64,000 nucleotides of DNA, taken from Podarcis muralis. Taxonomy: Eukaryota. This document shows, in pieces, positions 13,181 to 25,216 of the stretch (the stretch's first letter is position 1; every line of letters starts with the position of its first letter). The position numbers and the translations under genes were made by a program. The notes below the pieces were generated by a model. That model was not told the DNA's origin. It made no database searches and saw only the letters and a program-made list of their open reading frames with translations. Location: NCBI RefSeq assembly GCF_964188315.1, contig NC_135667.1:25358001-25422000 (forward strand), read 5' to 3'.

Positions 13181-14143
13181 TCAGCCTCTGTCTTTTCTGC
13201 TAATTTGTAACATAGTTGTGAATCTGAATGTGGCCCTGAAAGCTTCTTGCACCTCAGTATTTCTGAGTGTGTAAATGAAAGGATTTAACAAAGGGGTTAC
13301 AATAGTATTCAGGAGAGTGACAGTTTTGGTCAATTCTAGTGACTGATGCTTGGCAGGTGTGATATGTAGGAAAATGGTGGAACCATACCATATTATCACC
13401 ACTGTGAGATGGGAGGAACAGGTGGAAAAGGCTCGTTGACGGCCTTCAGCAGATGCAATCTTTAATATTGTGGTGATGATATAAACATAGGATATTAAAG
13501 TTATCACACATGAGCCCATGATGACAATACCAGCAAGTATGAACCATGCCATTTCTAATGTGTACGTGTCAGTACAGGAAAGGACTATCCAAGGCACAAT
13601 GTCACAAAAGAAGTGGTTGATAACATTGGAGTCACAGAAAGACAATTGGGTAATAAGGAAGGCTGGTACCGAAATCGCTGCAAAGCCACATATCCAAGAT
13701 CCCAATGCCATTTGGACAGACAACATTTTGGACATGATGGTGTGGTAGTGCAATGGGTGGCATATGGCCAAATAGCGGTCATAAGCCATGACAGCAAGCA
13801 GGAAGTATTCTGTACATCCCAAGGAGAAAACAATGTACATCTGTGTGATGCACCCTGTGAAGGTGATGGTTTGGTGGCTCTTGGACACAAGGATTGCTAA
13901 AGTCTTGGGAATACAAGCTGATGTGTACCATATCTCCAGGAAGGCAAGATTGCAGAGGAAGAAGTACATGGGTGTGTGGAGTTGTCGTCTGGCTCGCACT
14001 AAAGCTATGATGGCCACATTTCCAGTGATTGTCAGGATGTACATAAAGAAAAAGAGGATGAAAAGGAAGATTTGTAGTTCATGAGATCCAGAGAAACCCA
14101 GAAGGATGAATTCCTTCACAGTGGAGTCATTTCCTTCTCTCAT
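13181..14143 (-). CDS. olfactory receptor (OR6F1-like), intact, 320 aa
   Basis: LHTPMYFFL, MAYDRYLAIC, AFSTCSSHL, PLLNPFIYTLRN; start placed at MREGNDS because the upstream ATG (14179) lies 5' of a likely splice acceptor (ttttggcag). Confidence 0.93.
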   Translation of the reverse strand: MREGNDSTVKEFILLGFSGSHELQIFLFILFFFMYILTITGNVAIIALVRARRQLHTPMYFFLCNLAFLEIWYTSACIPKTLAILVSKSHQTITFTGCITQMYIVFSLGCTEYFLLAVMAYDRYLAICHPLHYHTIMSKMLSVQMALGSWICGFAAISVPAFLITQLSFCDSNVINHFFCDIVPWIVLSCTDTYTLEMAWFILAGIVIMGSCVITLISYVYIITTILKIASAEGRQRAFSTCSSHLTVVIIWYGSTIFLHITPAKHQSLELTKTVTLLNTIVTPLLNPFIYTLRNTEVQEAFRATFRFTTMLQISRKDRG

Positions 14144-16800
14144 CAGAATCAGGTGTTTTTCTGCCAAAACAACATTCATGAAAACTTAGTGACTGGAAAT
14201 AGTGGCTCTTATACTCTCACTTATTTGAAGAAATATTAATAATGCTCTCCATAGAATAACTGTTAAGAAATAAAAATATAAGCCAAAAGTTCATTGTGAG
14301 AGGATTTTATTAATTTAGCACTTTAGTTCAAAATAATTTCTTTCTCAAATGAAATATCACTACTTCTCATATAATATCAATTTGTCTTACTGTAAAGATT
14401 TCTATTCATAAATCAGTTTATATTATTTTGTCCATTTTTACACCTCTATTTTCTATACACTTTTGTTACAGGTCTTCAGCCTAGAATTAGTGGGTGTCTA
14501 GAATACATGCTGCATTTTCTGCCAGAAGGGCAGAGAGATGCTTTGATTTCTGTTTACAAAATTACTCTCTTTTACTCTGGATCTTTGGCATATTAATATC
14601 ATTAGCAAAAAATAAATACATTAGAAAACCAAACAACACAGAAATAAATTATCACAGGAACATGATTTACACTAATGAAAATAATATATGTTCCCCTGAA
14701 ATTTACTATTCCAGCAACTGATTAATAAAATTCTATTTTCATTAAATTTATCAGAGATTTTTCTTTGCTTCATAATCTTAGGATGGTAAACTGTAGTCAC
14801 TATATCCAAACTTTAAACCTATTAAACAAGGAGATGCTCTAGAAAAGTTTCACTTTGTAATGTTTTTCATAAAGATTTTCCTGGTGTTAGGATGCTGACA
14901 ATGGTGGCTTTAATGGGATTTTATCAATGGCTTTAAGCTTGTGTTATTTTGCTGTCCAATATAGAGCAAGAGAAGTCCATTATTTTCCCAGTCCAGACCA
15001 CTATGCACACAAAAGGGAAGGTGGCAGTGCCGGGTCTTGTGGAACAGTGGGGGAGGGAGGACATTTCTCTCTGCTGTGATCTTGTATGGTCCCATGGAAT
15101 AGGGATCACATATTATAGCAAAAGTATATACAGTTGTCCCAATTGTTTAGAGCCCATACATGTGAGTGTATTTTTTGTGTTTGATTTCCATTTAACAAGA
15201 GTAGTTAATTGGAAAGTCCATGAAGAAATTTGAAAGAATATAATTCTTGGGGAAATCGCTACTACCACATCTACACACATTAACCATTACATTTACAACT
15301 ACAACTTATTTCCCTTCTTCTGAACACTCTAAACTTCTGTCATTGAAATAGTAGAGTTTAGTTCTATTAATTTGTCCTGGATTGTGCCCTAAATGATTTA
15401 TAATAAAGACAATTCTTACCTTTCTATTGTTCCGATTAAGCTGATGAAGACCTCAAGACCAGTGTCACAATTAAAGAAAAAACTTCATTCCTTGGAGATA
15501 AAAAAGTTGTTATTGTTATTTGTGAATTTTCTTGCATTAAAATAATAAGCATTCTCACTTGAAAATTTATGGTGCTTGCCTAATCCATTGCAGCACATTT
15601 TTTAGTTTCTGATCCCATGTGTTTCAACCTTTATGCATCTTTGTTGAGAATTCTCTCCTGACTATAGACAATAAATTTATACACTTTGAGTAAATGCAAT
15701 GGGTGCTGCTTGATTTATTATTAAGCAGCAGGAGTAATGTCTGTGTATTTATTTACTTATTTTAATGTGCCAGGTGTATTGGATCAGGGAGAATGGGTTT
15801 TTCTCCCTAGGGTATAGGTGGAAACTCAGTCACAAACTTTATTTATATATAGCATCTGCAGCTGGGGGAAAAAAATCCCTGAGCAGCTAACAAATAGTGA
15901 CAAGACTCTGTTTCAATACCTCTCTTTTAAAAGCAACAACAAAAACACAGTATATACAAGTGTAGTTCTATGTTGCGTGCATCTGGAACATCACTGCAGT
16001 CAATCATTACTCAGGATGTAATTGAAGGAAAAAAGAAATTATAGATAAGCAAATAATTTTAGAGCTTTTATTTTGGGAGGGGAAGGTCAGTTTAAGGTAG
16101 GGATGGCTAACTCAAAGCTCATGTCCTCATGTGGCCCACCAAGCCATAGGAACCGACCTGCTCATCCCTGCTATCGTTCTTCTTGGGTGATCAAGATCTA
16201 TTTTTGCAGATAAGAAATATCTAAGGAGCAGACAGAGCACAATATCTCCTGAATGGGATATAAACTTTTATCTTGCTGCCCTTTAAATCTCTCAGTTGCA
16301 GTCAGAGCAGAAATGGCTCACTGAGTGACTTTCTAAAATCACCATCATCATCATCAAGACAAGCTGATGATGAAATGTGGAGAAGATTGGAAACAATGAG
16401 AAACAGAGATACCAAAATTGGCAGATTCTACCATCCCTATCACCAGCTTCGTTTCCACTTGGTTCTTCCCAAAAGCCAGATAGATAAAAAGTGCGGAAGA
16501 CATGTTGGATTACGGCAACCATTTCCAGCTCCAGTGTGTCTACAAATAGCATAAGTGATTCAGTTGTTCTGCCACAGAGGTTTTGCTATCATTTTTGAGA
16601 TAATTTTAATCTTTAATTAATAGGAAACAGGCTTGCCATGCAATCTTATGCATAGTTGATGAGGAGAGGCAGAGCAATCTACATCCCTAATCCACAACGC
16701 TGGAAGCTTTTTTGAGGTCTCTGCCCAGACCTGTCTGGCTCTGCCAGTAAGGATCACACCAGTTTACTCACTCAAACAATTGGCTAGTGGAAGAAGTGTT

Positions 16801-18139
16801 GCGTGTTCAGACCCAGAGACCTCCCCCCTAAATAAAAACACATTTGACTCAAATTTTAGTTTTGGTTTTTGGCAGAATTTAGGCCACAGCTTTATTGATT
16901 ACAGAAAAGTGAGTGGTTGCATAGGCTCTGGTTTGACTAGGTCCCTACACCGTTGCAGGTAGCACTGACCCAGAGCACTATCATAAGTCAGCCAAGGGTG
17001 AACACTTGTGGTAGGTGTAAAGCCCGGGAACAGACTCTGTCCATTCTCCCAGATGCTCCCCTGGACTCAGGCATAGGCACAACTCCTCTCGGGGGTTGAC
17101 CAAACCAAGTTGAGTCCCTGGATTCCTTTAATGGAATACCCTTCACATAAGGATGGCGAGACCGTTCTCCCATCCCTATCATTTGAACCAGTGCCTATCC
17201 ACCACACAAGCACCCGCACCCACCGCCAACCACTCACACCTGTAACCAATCCCATAACCCCACTAACACTGCAGTCAGCCACAAATCATCCCCAATCACA
17301 GACAGATGAACCCCATCAAGCCTGTAAAGGGATGGATCACTGAAGGTAATGCCCGGGTGACAGATCACTGTCCCACCCAAGGCCAGAATCTTCATGGCCG
17401 CTGTGCTCTGGACACACTTCCTGGACCTCTCGGTGGCAGCTGGGCAACTGGCTACCGAGCCACACACGTCACTGCCATCAGTGACCAAAATTTTTGAGTC
17501 CAGGAAGAGCTGCTCTCAACTCTTCCAAGTCCCCCCTCCCTACTTCAGATTTTAAAGAAGGGTGGGTGCCTACAAGCACACCACCAAGCAGGCGCAGTTC
17601 CATGAATAAAAGCCACATTGTATCGGGTAAGCCCAATTTCAGCCTCAGCTAAATTCATCCCCATTTTCAAAGGGGCTGCAGAAGCCTAATTGGGGGATGG
17701 GGATGGAACAACGGCAAGCTCCCTTTTACTGGGTGTAAAGCCCCACGCTGGGAAAAGACCCTCTTGTAGGTGAAGGGTTGGTGGGGGGTTAAATTAAGAT
17801 GAGGAGAAAATAAATTAAATTAGAAAGGAACCAGGAAAGAGGATAAAAGGAATCAATATCACCAACTGACAATCGTCAAAGGCAAGTCTCTCAGCTACAC
17901 ACAGGACAGGTTGCTCTCTGTTCCGTTTGCAAGAGGCGAAAGAGAACCTCTGGGTCACATACAAGGGATTAAATAGGTCCCTTGAATTGTTTAGGCTGCA
18001 CCCCATTGGTCAGATTACACCCAGCAACAAGTGACCTACCAATTCGGGTGTTGTGGCTATCCAATAGTCCCACCCACAACCAGGAGGTCGGTCTCCAGGT
18101 CTCACCGCAACACGTGCCCTCTTTTAGGGAGGACACACT
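16801..18139 (-). mobile_element. internally deleted putative Ngaro/DIRS-like retroelement, copy 2
   Basis: Same termini (AACACGC-AA and AGTGTGTCC), hairpins and AATAAAGCTGTGGCC as copies 1, 3 and 4; carries an SGNH hydrolase remnant. Confidence 0.65.
17234..17531 (-). pseudogene. SGNH/GDSL hydrolase C-terminal remnant (retroelement-encoded)
   Basis: Frameshifted DLEELRAALPGLK.WSLM.Q.RVW..CPAATERSRK...HPGITF....YRLDGVHLS; DxxH catalytic block. Confidence 0.6.
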
Positions 18140-20399
18140 ATATCCCTAGAAGGAGTGTTAGACAGTGGGAAACCACCAAATTGGGCACAGGAGAGTGTGA
18201 CCTAGGGTCTGTTAGATCCCAAATCAGCTCTGAATCCATATTTTCCCCTACGCCCTTCCTGCTTCTTGCTCTAAGCTTACTCTAACAGATCTCTCCTCAG
18301 TATCTCCCTCCCCCTCTGGCACATCAACCAGTTCCCCCTCCCTCCAGGGAACTTGAAACCACTGGCTCCTCCCTGACACGCTACACCACTGCCTGGAATA
18401 TCTCTCTGGGTTCCCTAGTGGGACCCCGGATGCTTGGTTCAACACTGATACATGAGTTCAGTACTGGGCGACTCCTAAGGTGAGGGGTTGTGCTTCCCAA
18501 CCTTGAAAGGAATGCCATTCCATCAGTAGAAGCTGAGTAGAATAAAGACTTGATCCTCACCCTGCTGCCATACTACCTCCACCTACTGTTTAATCATCAA
18601 AGTTATGGCTTCATTTCTCCCAAAACTGGTGTTCATTTTGTATTATTTCCACAAGACCCATGAGCCACAAATATGCACCTGCCTGGAGAAACAAAACTCT
18701 AATTTTTTTATAATTAACAAATGAAACAAGCTAAGGGGTCAATCCTAAAACTCGTGAAAGACTGACTTAAAAGGCTCTTGGATGTGGCATTACACACATA
18801 TTTATGCCACCAGTAGCTCCCCCAGTCCACCTACAAAAAACTATGTGGTGATAGATGTGCCACCAGTGGCAGTGAAAATGGGACATTCTTTTGGATGTGG
18901 AGTTTGTTTCATGGGTGGACTTTTTATATTTTTATTATTATTTGGGAATTAAAAAAAGAAAGAAGTTCAGTTTTAAGATCATTCTACGGATTGTGTATTG
19001 TTAGCCATCCTGTGCTCAAGTATAAAGGAAGGGTGGTAGATTAAAATGTAAAATAGAAAAAGGCCCATGGGAAAATGAAAGTACAGGTTCAAAAATGCTG
19101 AACCAATGGGCTGCATGCAGTTTACATCCATCTGAGGATGCAAGTGTGGTGTCATGGTTCAAGTGTTGCATTACTCAGCCATAAGACCCACAGTGTGACC
19201 TTGAGCCAGCCATGCTCTCTCCAGCTAACCTATGCCACTGGATTGCTATTAGTATAAAATAGGAAGGGAAATAGGAAGCATGTACAAAATCGTGAACTTC
19301 TTAGAGGAAAAATGGGATATAAATGGAATAATGATAAAACAAAACAGCACAGCAGCAGCAGCAACAACAACAACAACAATTTTAGAAAAGCCAATCTGAG
19401 TACTTGTTATTTATACCCATAGTGGTGTTTAATTTAGCTCCAGGCATTTTCATTCTTCTCTATTAGAAATTGAAATTTCATATTGAAATTTGTGTTAGCG
19501 TTGCAATCCAAAACCATGGAGAGAATTGACTACAAAAAATATGAAATATCCTTGGGGGGAATCTATTCCATAATTGCTTGAGAACATTTTGTATGAATTC
19601 CTTGGAGATAAAATGTAAAGGGAAGCTCTGATCGTGTCAATGATATAAATATACCTTGCTCAGCTGTCTGTATCTCAGGTGCTTAGAAGGGCTTTCCTGG
19701 TTCGGTTTTAGACTCTGTGAGTAGAAACGATGAGGGATGTAATCAATATAAAGTAGCTGATGACTGAGAGACTGAAAATGTATACAGTATGTGTGAATTA
19801 TAGGATGGGTGAGTGGGTTGCTATGAAAATTCAAAGCGATATTGTCTGTGTATGGATATGAAAGGATGATGCAATAAATATCTGTGAAGTGGCTTTCTTT
19901 ACTTTTTTCTGACAGTTTTTAAATATTAAAGGCATTTGTGATCAGCAATTCATCAAATGGGGAAAAAAAAATACTACTTTGAACAGCTGGCCTGTAGCTT
20001 TCCCTGCCAGTAATAATAATAATAAAAATCAGAGCAGGGGAACCTTTTTCATCCCAAGGGCTGCAGTTCTTTGTTTGCAACATGAGAGAGCTACATGCCA
20101 GAAGGGCGTGAAACTAGAGACAAAGGGGGAAAGAAACAACAGATGTGACTCTTACTGTTGTAATACATTCTAGCCATGAAAAGCCTGAAGCTTCTGCAAA
20201 GAATCAACTCCTCATGTATCTTCACCCTCCATCCATTAAGATAGCTGAAGGACGCATTCCAGATAGGCAAAAGCACTCAAGAAAGCAACAGAGCAGGGCT
20301 AATGAGGAGTCTCATCTGGGGAAGGGCAGAGAGAGAGGTCCGGAGGGTCACAATTGGCTTCTTGGCATGAAGATCAGCTGAGAAGCAGCTGATCTGTTT

Positions 20400-21060
20400 A
20401 CATTAAAATGTTGGCATTTGTCATCTTGAGAGATAATGGAGTGCACCTCTGGGAGTGAAATTAGTGCTGCATTAGTGACCTCCCTGGGGCAAAAGCCTGG
20501 GCAGTATGTACAGAGGTCCTGGGCTGCCCAGACAACAGGACCCCACTCTTGGCCTCGCTGATGGGGTCCAAGGGAAGGCAGATATGTTTGGCACCAGCTT
20601 GGCTGCAGGAGTTGCCAGAAGGAGGCACACAAGGACCCATCCTAATGTCATATGGGCTCCAGATTTGGGTAGGGTTCACTCCTTAGCCTTTTCTTCTCCT
20701 GAAGATATCCCACAAGACAGCAGAGGTTTAGGATCAGAGTTTTCCCTATCCTAGAGGGGTACCTTCCCAGGTAAATGGGCCCCATCTGCCCCTTACTTCT
20801 CTCTACAGCACCTCCTTCATGACCACTGGACCCACTATTGGTCTCATGCATTCAATCTGCTGGAGCCTGTCTTAAGATGCAGGGCAAGTTCTTAACTCTC
20901 TGAGGGATTGAGACCCTTTGGCTACCCTCATCTGGTTTAGCCAGCCAGCTGAAGCTGTTTCTGGGGTATGGCCTCTGTCTCATTCTGATAGCTTCTACGA
21001 GCACAGGTGAGAGCTGAGTGCAGAGTGGGGGTCAAAGGTGGATAAGCTACCCAAAAAGAG
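20400..21060. repeat. interspersed repeat, probably the non-coding part of an RTE-clade LINE
   Basis: GC-rich block contrasting with AT-rich flanks; resembles a common lizard repeat from memory; family not verified. Confidence 0.35.
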
Positions 21061-22213
21061 CACAATGTGTCTCCTACCAGAGGTACTCCCACCCCCTAAC
21101 ACCCTATAAAATCATACATTAAAATGCATATAAAGCAATTGTACCAGTGTGTTGGTCAGTGGGAGAAAACTAAAGATGCAAGAGCTGAAGAGAGAGAGAA
21201 GCAGTATTTTATATCCCCTTTTTATTATTACTATTTTCTTAACAATGTCCCTCTCATGTATATGACAGCTTCAGGGGATAGGAATACTTTGTTTCCTTTG
21301 GATCCATGCTTTTCCCTGATCCACTTTCAGCATGACCAAATATTCTTTGGCATGTCTTTTTGGCAATAGTAAGATAAGGTTTATGGAAGCTTTTGGGGTG
21401 GCCTTATGAAATCTGATCTCACAGTTCAAAGATGCTCCTCTCTCTGTTTCCTTGGAGAGGGAGAGCTACATTTCCCAAGGTCAATAGGACTGCAGTGTTA
21501 GTGAATTTAGAGCAACATCTTTACTGACTGAAGAAGCAAGCACAAGTATGGGCATTAGTGGGATAAAAGCAGTCTTGACTCTGTACAGGATTGCAACCAA
21601 ACTCTCATTCTCAGAAAGGTGAAGGAAGCATATTGCCTAAGAAAATCAAATAGCTTCCAAGCTCTGTTTGTTTTCAGAACATGTAGGCTTTGAGATAAAT
21701 TTGATATTGAATCTTACATGCTGGATTTCCTGTATATAAAAAGAGAGAGAGAACACTATTTGTTAAAATTTTGGATTTTTTAAAAAACTCTCATAGACAT
21801 CTAAAAGTCCACGTTTAATCTGATTTTGAGACCAGACTATACAATATGCAACCTCTACAAACTGAACCCAGAACACAAAATGGAACCAACTGGATGGTCA
21901 TTTTAAATATTTATGTATTGTTTTATATTACTTATTGTCTTTATACCCCACTTTCCCATCTGATTTCAGTAACTGAGCTCAGATCACCCAGTTAGCTTCA
22001 TGACTGAACAGGAATTTGAACCCTGGTCTTTCACTAAGCAACACTGGTGCTTTGAATTCCAAACTGAAATGAGAAAACTCAAGAAAACAACATTTTGAGT
22101 TTCTGCAGCTCCAGACATTTAGCAAAAATGGGTTTTTGCTAGGCTCCCATGGACACATTGGCACCATTCAGGCAAGCTTGGTGGTCTGTGTTCAGTTGGT
22201 TGGATCACAAGTA

Positions 22214-22548
22214 AAGGTAAAGGTAAAGGACCCCTGACAGTTAAGTCCAGTCGCAAACGACTCTGGGGTTGCAGTGCTCATCTCACTTTACTGGCCGAGG
22301 GAACCGACTTTCGTCCACAGACAGTTTTTCCGGGTCATATGGCCAGCATGACTAAGCCACTTCTGGCGAAACCAGAGCAGCACACAGAAACACCATTTAC
22401 CTTCCCACCAGAGCAGTACCTATTTATCTACTTGAACTTTAACGTGCTTTCAAACTGCTAGGTTGGCAGGAGCTGGGATTGAGCAACGGGAGCTCACCCA
22501 ATCATGGGGATTCGAACTGTGGTTTAGACCACAGCACCACCCGCATCC
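22214..22548 (-). mobile_element. Sauria SINE
   Basis: (ACCTTT)n tail, GGTACCTATTTATCTAC-like core, 13-bp TSD TGGATCACAAGTA (22201-22213 and 22549-22561). Confidence 0.9.
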
Positions 22549-22650
22549 TGGATCACAAGTAGGAATTGTCAAATCTGTCCATTTTGGTTTCTCTCAGTTT
22601 CTTTCTCATATTAAAGTAACAGATCCCTAGTTATAAATACTATTAGAATA

Positions 22651-22911
22651 CAGTAGACGCTTGGGTTCCGAATGTGATCCATGCGGGAAGCACGTTCGCA
22701 ACCCACAGCATCAGCGAACCACAGCGCCGTGTCTGCGCATGCACGGGTCACAATTCGGTGCTTCTGCGCATGCGCAAAGCGCCATTTAGCACTTCTGTAC
22801 ACGCACAAGCGCTGAAACCAGGAAGTAACCCGTTCCAGTACTTCTGGGTTCAGCGCAGTGAGCAACCCGAAATCGTGCAACCGGAAGCGTCTGTAACCCG
22901 AGTTATGACTG
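22651..22911. mobile_element. Tc1/mariner (Tigger-like) MITE
   Basis: TA-CAGT...ACTG-TA with degenerate TIRs. Confidence 0.7.
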
Positions 22912-23192
22912 TACTGAATATTGTTCTGGTAACCTTGTCTCCCAAAATGCAGTTATAATTCAAAAATTCATATCAGTTTTTGTATTAGCAATGCTGGGAA
23001 TTCATTTTAGGTGGTGGTCTAGATTTTTTTTAAAAAAAACACAACCAAACAAACCCCAAAACCAAACCTCAATTGATGCAAATTCTACCAACTTTGTGCA
23101 GGGATTGTCTGTAATATTTATATTGAGGGTAAGGAGAAATGTTTCGCATATTCATTCAGAATTGTGTTCCAGCAGGTTAAAGAAAAGAACAG

Positions 23193-24131
23193 ATGGGAGA
23201 AAACAACAGAGAAGAGCAAAATAAATCAAGAGTGATGGAATTCATTCTGCTTGGCTTCCCTGGGTCTTCACATTTCCAGCTAACAATCTTCATCATCTTT
23301 TTAAATATGTACATCTTGACCATTTTGGGAAATTTCTGTATTATCCTTCTAATAGTAACTAATCGCCGTCTCCATACTCCCATGTATTTCTTTCTTTGCA
23401 ATCTCTCTTTTTTGGAAATATGGTACACAACAGCCTCTGTCCCAAAGATCCTGGCTATGTTCCTCGGAAGAAGCAGAAGCATTTCTTTTACAGGTTGCAT
23501 TTTGCAGATGTACTTTATTTTTTCCTTTGGGTGCACAGAGCATTTTCTAATAGCCATCATGGCTTATGATCGATATTTGGCCATATGTTTCCCCCTTCAT
23601 TACAGCACCATTATGGACATTCATCTTTCTAGCAAGTTGGCAGCAGGCTGTTGGCTTGGGGGATTCCTTGCTATGTGTATACCAACCTATCTGCTCACAA
23701 CATTGTCTTTCTGTGGCCCCAATGTTATCAATAATTTCTATTGTAACCTAGATTCCTGGATAGTTCTTTCCTGCACAGACACCCACTTTCTTGAGATAAC
23801 AGCTTTTTTCACAGCTATATTTGTCATTGTAGGCTCCTGTGTAACAACCCTTCTTTCCTATATTTACATTATCCTCACCATCCTACGCATCCCCTCCAAA
23901 AAAGGGAGACAAAAAGCCTTTTCCACATGTTCCTCCCATCTTGCTGTGGTGATTATTTGGTATGGCTCCACTATCTTCCTGTTTGTAAAGCCATCTAAAC
24001 AGACCTCATTAGAACGAACCAAAGTAGTGAGCATCTTCAATCTTATTGTGGTGCCTCTTTTGAATCCTTTCATCTATACTCTAAGAAATAAAGAGGTGAG
24101 GGAGGTGTTGAGAAAAGTATTGTGCAGGTGA
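23193..24131 (+). CDS. olfactory receptor (OR6F1-like), intact, 312 aa
   Basis: LHTPMYFFL, MAYDRYLAIC, KAFSTCSSHL, PLLNPFIYTLRN; NKS glycosylation site; paralog of the OR at 13181, transcribed divergently from it. Confidence 0.95.
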   Translation: MGENNREEQNKSRVMEFILLGFPGSSHFQLTIFIIFLNMYILTILGNFCIILLIVTNRRLHTPMYFFLCNLSFLEIWYTTASVPKILAMFLGRSRSISFTGCILQMYFIFSFGCTEHFLIAIMAYDRYLAICFPLHYSTIMDIHLSSKLAAGCWLGGFLAMCIPTYLLTTLSFCGPNVINNFYCNLDSWIVLSCTDTHFLEITAFFTAIFVIVGSCVTTLLSYIYIILTILRIPSKKGRQKAFSTCSSHLAVVIIWYGSTIFLFVKPSKQTSLERTKVVSIFNLIVVPLLNPFIYTLRNKEVREVLRKVLCR

Positions 24132-24269
24132 TTAACAAAGCACAGATGTGAAGGGGAAGGGGAATAAATAAATAAAATCTGTATTAGTTGGCCTAGATTT
24201 TAGCAGCAGACAGTCTAGTTGTTAAGAGAGTTGCAGATGACTGGAGTAAGATTTCTGTTTGTGCACGTG

Positions 24270-24271
<2 letters not shown>

Positions 24272-24304
<33 letters not shown>
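24272..24304. repeat. (CA)n microsatellite
   Basis: Directly visible. Confidence 0.95.
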
Positions 24305-24306
<2 letters not shown>

Positions 24307-25162
24307 TACATTTACATTTGGATAGCCCTAGGTGTGTCCACCCCACATATGATTCCATAAAACACCTTTCTATGAAAGAACTGAAACTTTGTGCATAGAG
24401 TTAACCTGTCTGTTGTTCAAAGTGTGTGCCTATCAACCCAATAAATACTCTTCACACAGAGCTATGCAAAAGATTGGTTTATTGAAAGCAGTTACTAGAG
24501 ACACCAACCAATTCAAATCAAGCTTGATTTAAGATTAAATCTCAGAATCACCACAACATTGTATAGCAATTTTATCTAAATCATTTTTCCTATTTCCTGT
24601 TTTTGTTTGCTTGTTTGTTTGTTTGTTTGTTTGCAGCTGGTGCGTAGAGGGCCACTATGTGTGTTACAAAGCTATTTCTGTCACTCAAAAGAAAATGAAC
24701 CATTTCTTTCTCTGGGACAACAGTAACTTCTCCACTAGCAGAAAACAAACAAAATGGCTTAATGATGAATTAGGAAGCTTCTTCCCCAGAATGATATACC
24801 CACTGACTTCATTTTGTCTATTTGGATTGATTTCCAAAATTGCTAATCACTGCTATGCCATCATTCATTGGGTGCAAACATTAAAACTGGGACAGTTGTT
24901 TCTCACAAAAGGAATGTCCAGAGCGGCACCTGCATAGTTTGCACTCTAAGAGGTTGGTTTTTTTGGGGGGAGTAGGGCAGGGCGATGCCCAGGGATGGCA
25001 GATACTAATGATGGCTTTCCCTGCCTCACCCTAATAAAAAAAAACCTTTTACCTTTTACCTAGAGCATCTATAAACTGTTTAGACGCCATGGCTCAGTGA
25101 TTGGTTCTGGCCATTGCAGACATGGTCAAAATTGCCTCTAGTTACTTCTAGTTGTTTTTTCC

Positions 25163-25167
<5 letters not shown>

Positions 25168-25213
<46 letters not shown>
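25168..25213. repeat. (TA)n microsatellite
   Basis: Directly visible. Confidence 0.95.

Positions 25214-25216
<3 letters not shown>

Noticed and set aside
13518-14084. Antisense and alternative-frame ORFs over OR and V2R exons (also 8024, 23177, 32227, 36740, 46671, 57014 and others)
   Set aside because: Shadows of real coding exons; they recur in paralogs only because the sense exon is duplicated
14144-14179. N-terminal extension MNVVLAEKHLIL of the second OR
   Set aside because: The ATG lies upstream of a likely 3' splice site, so it is probably intronic
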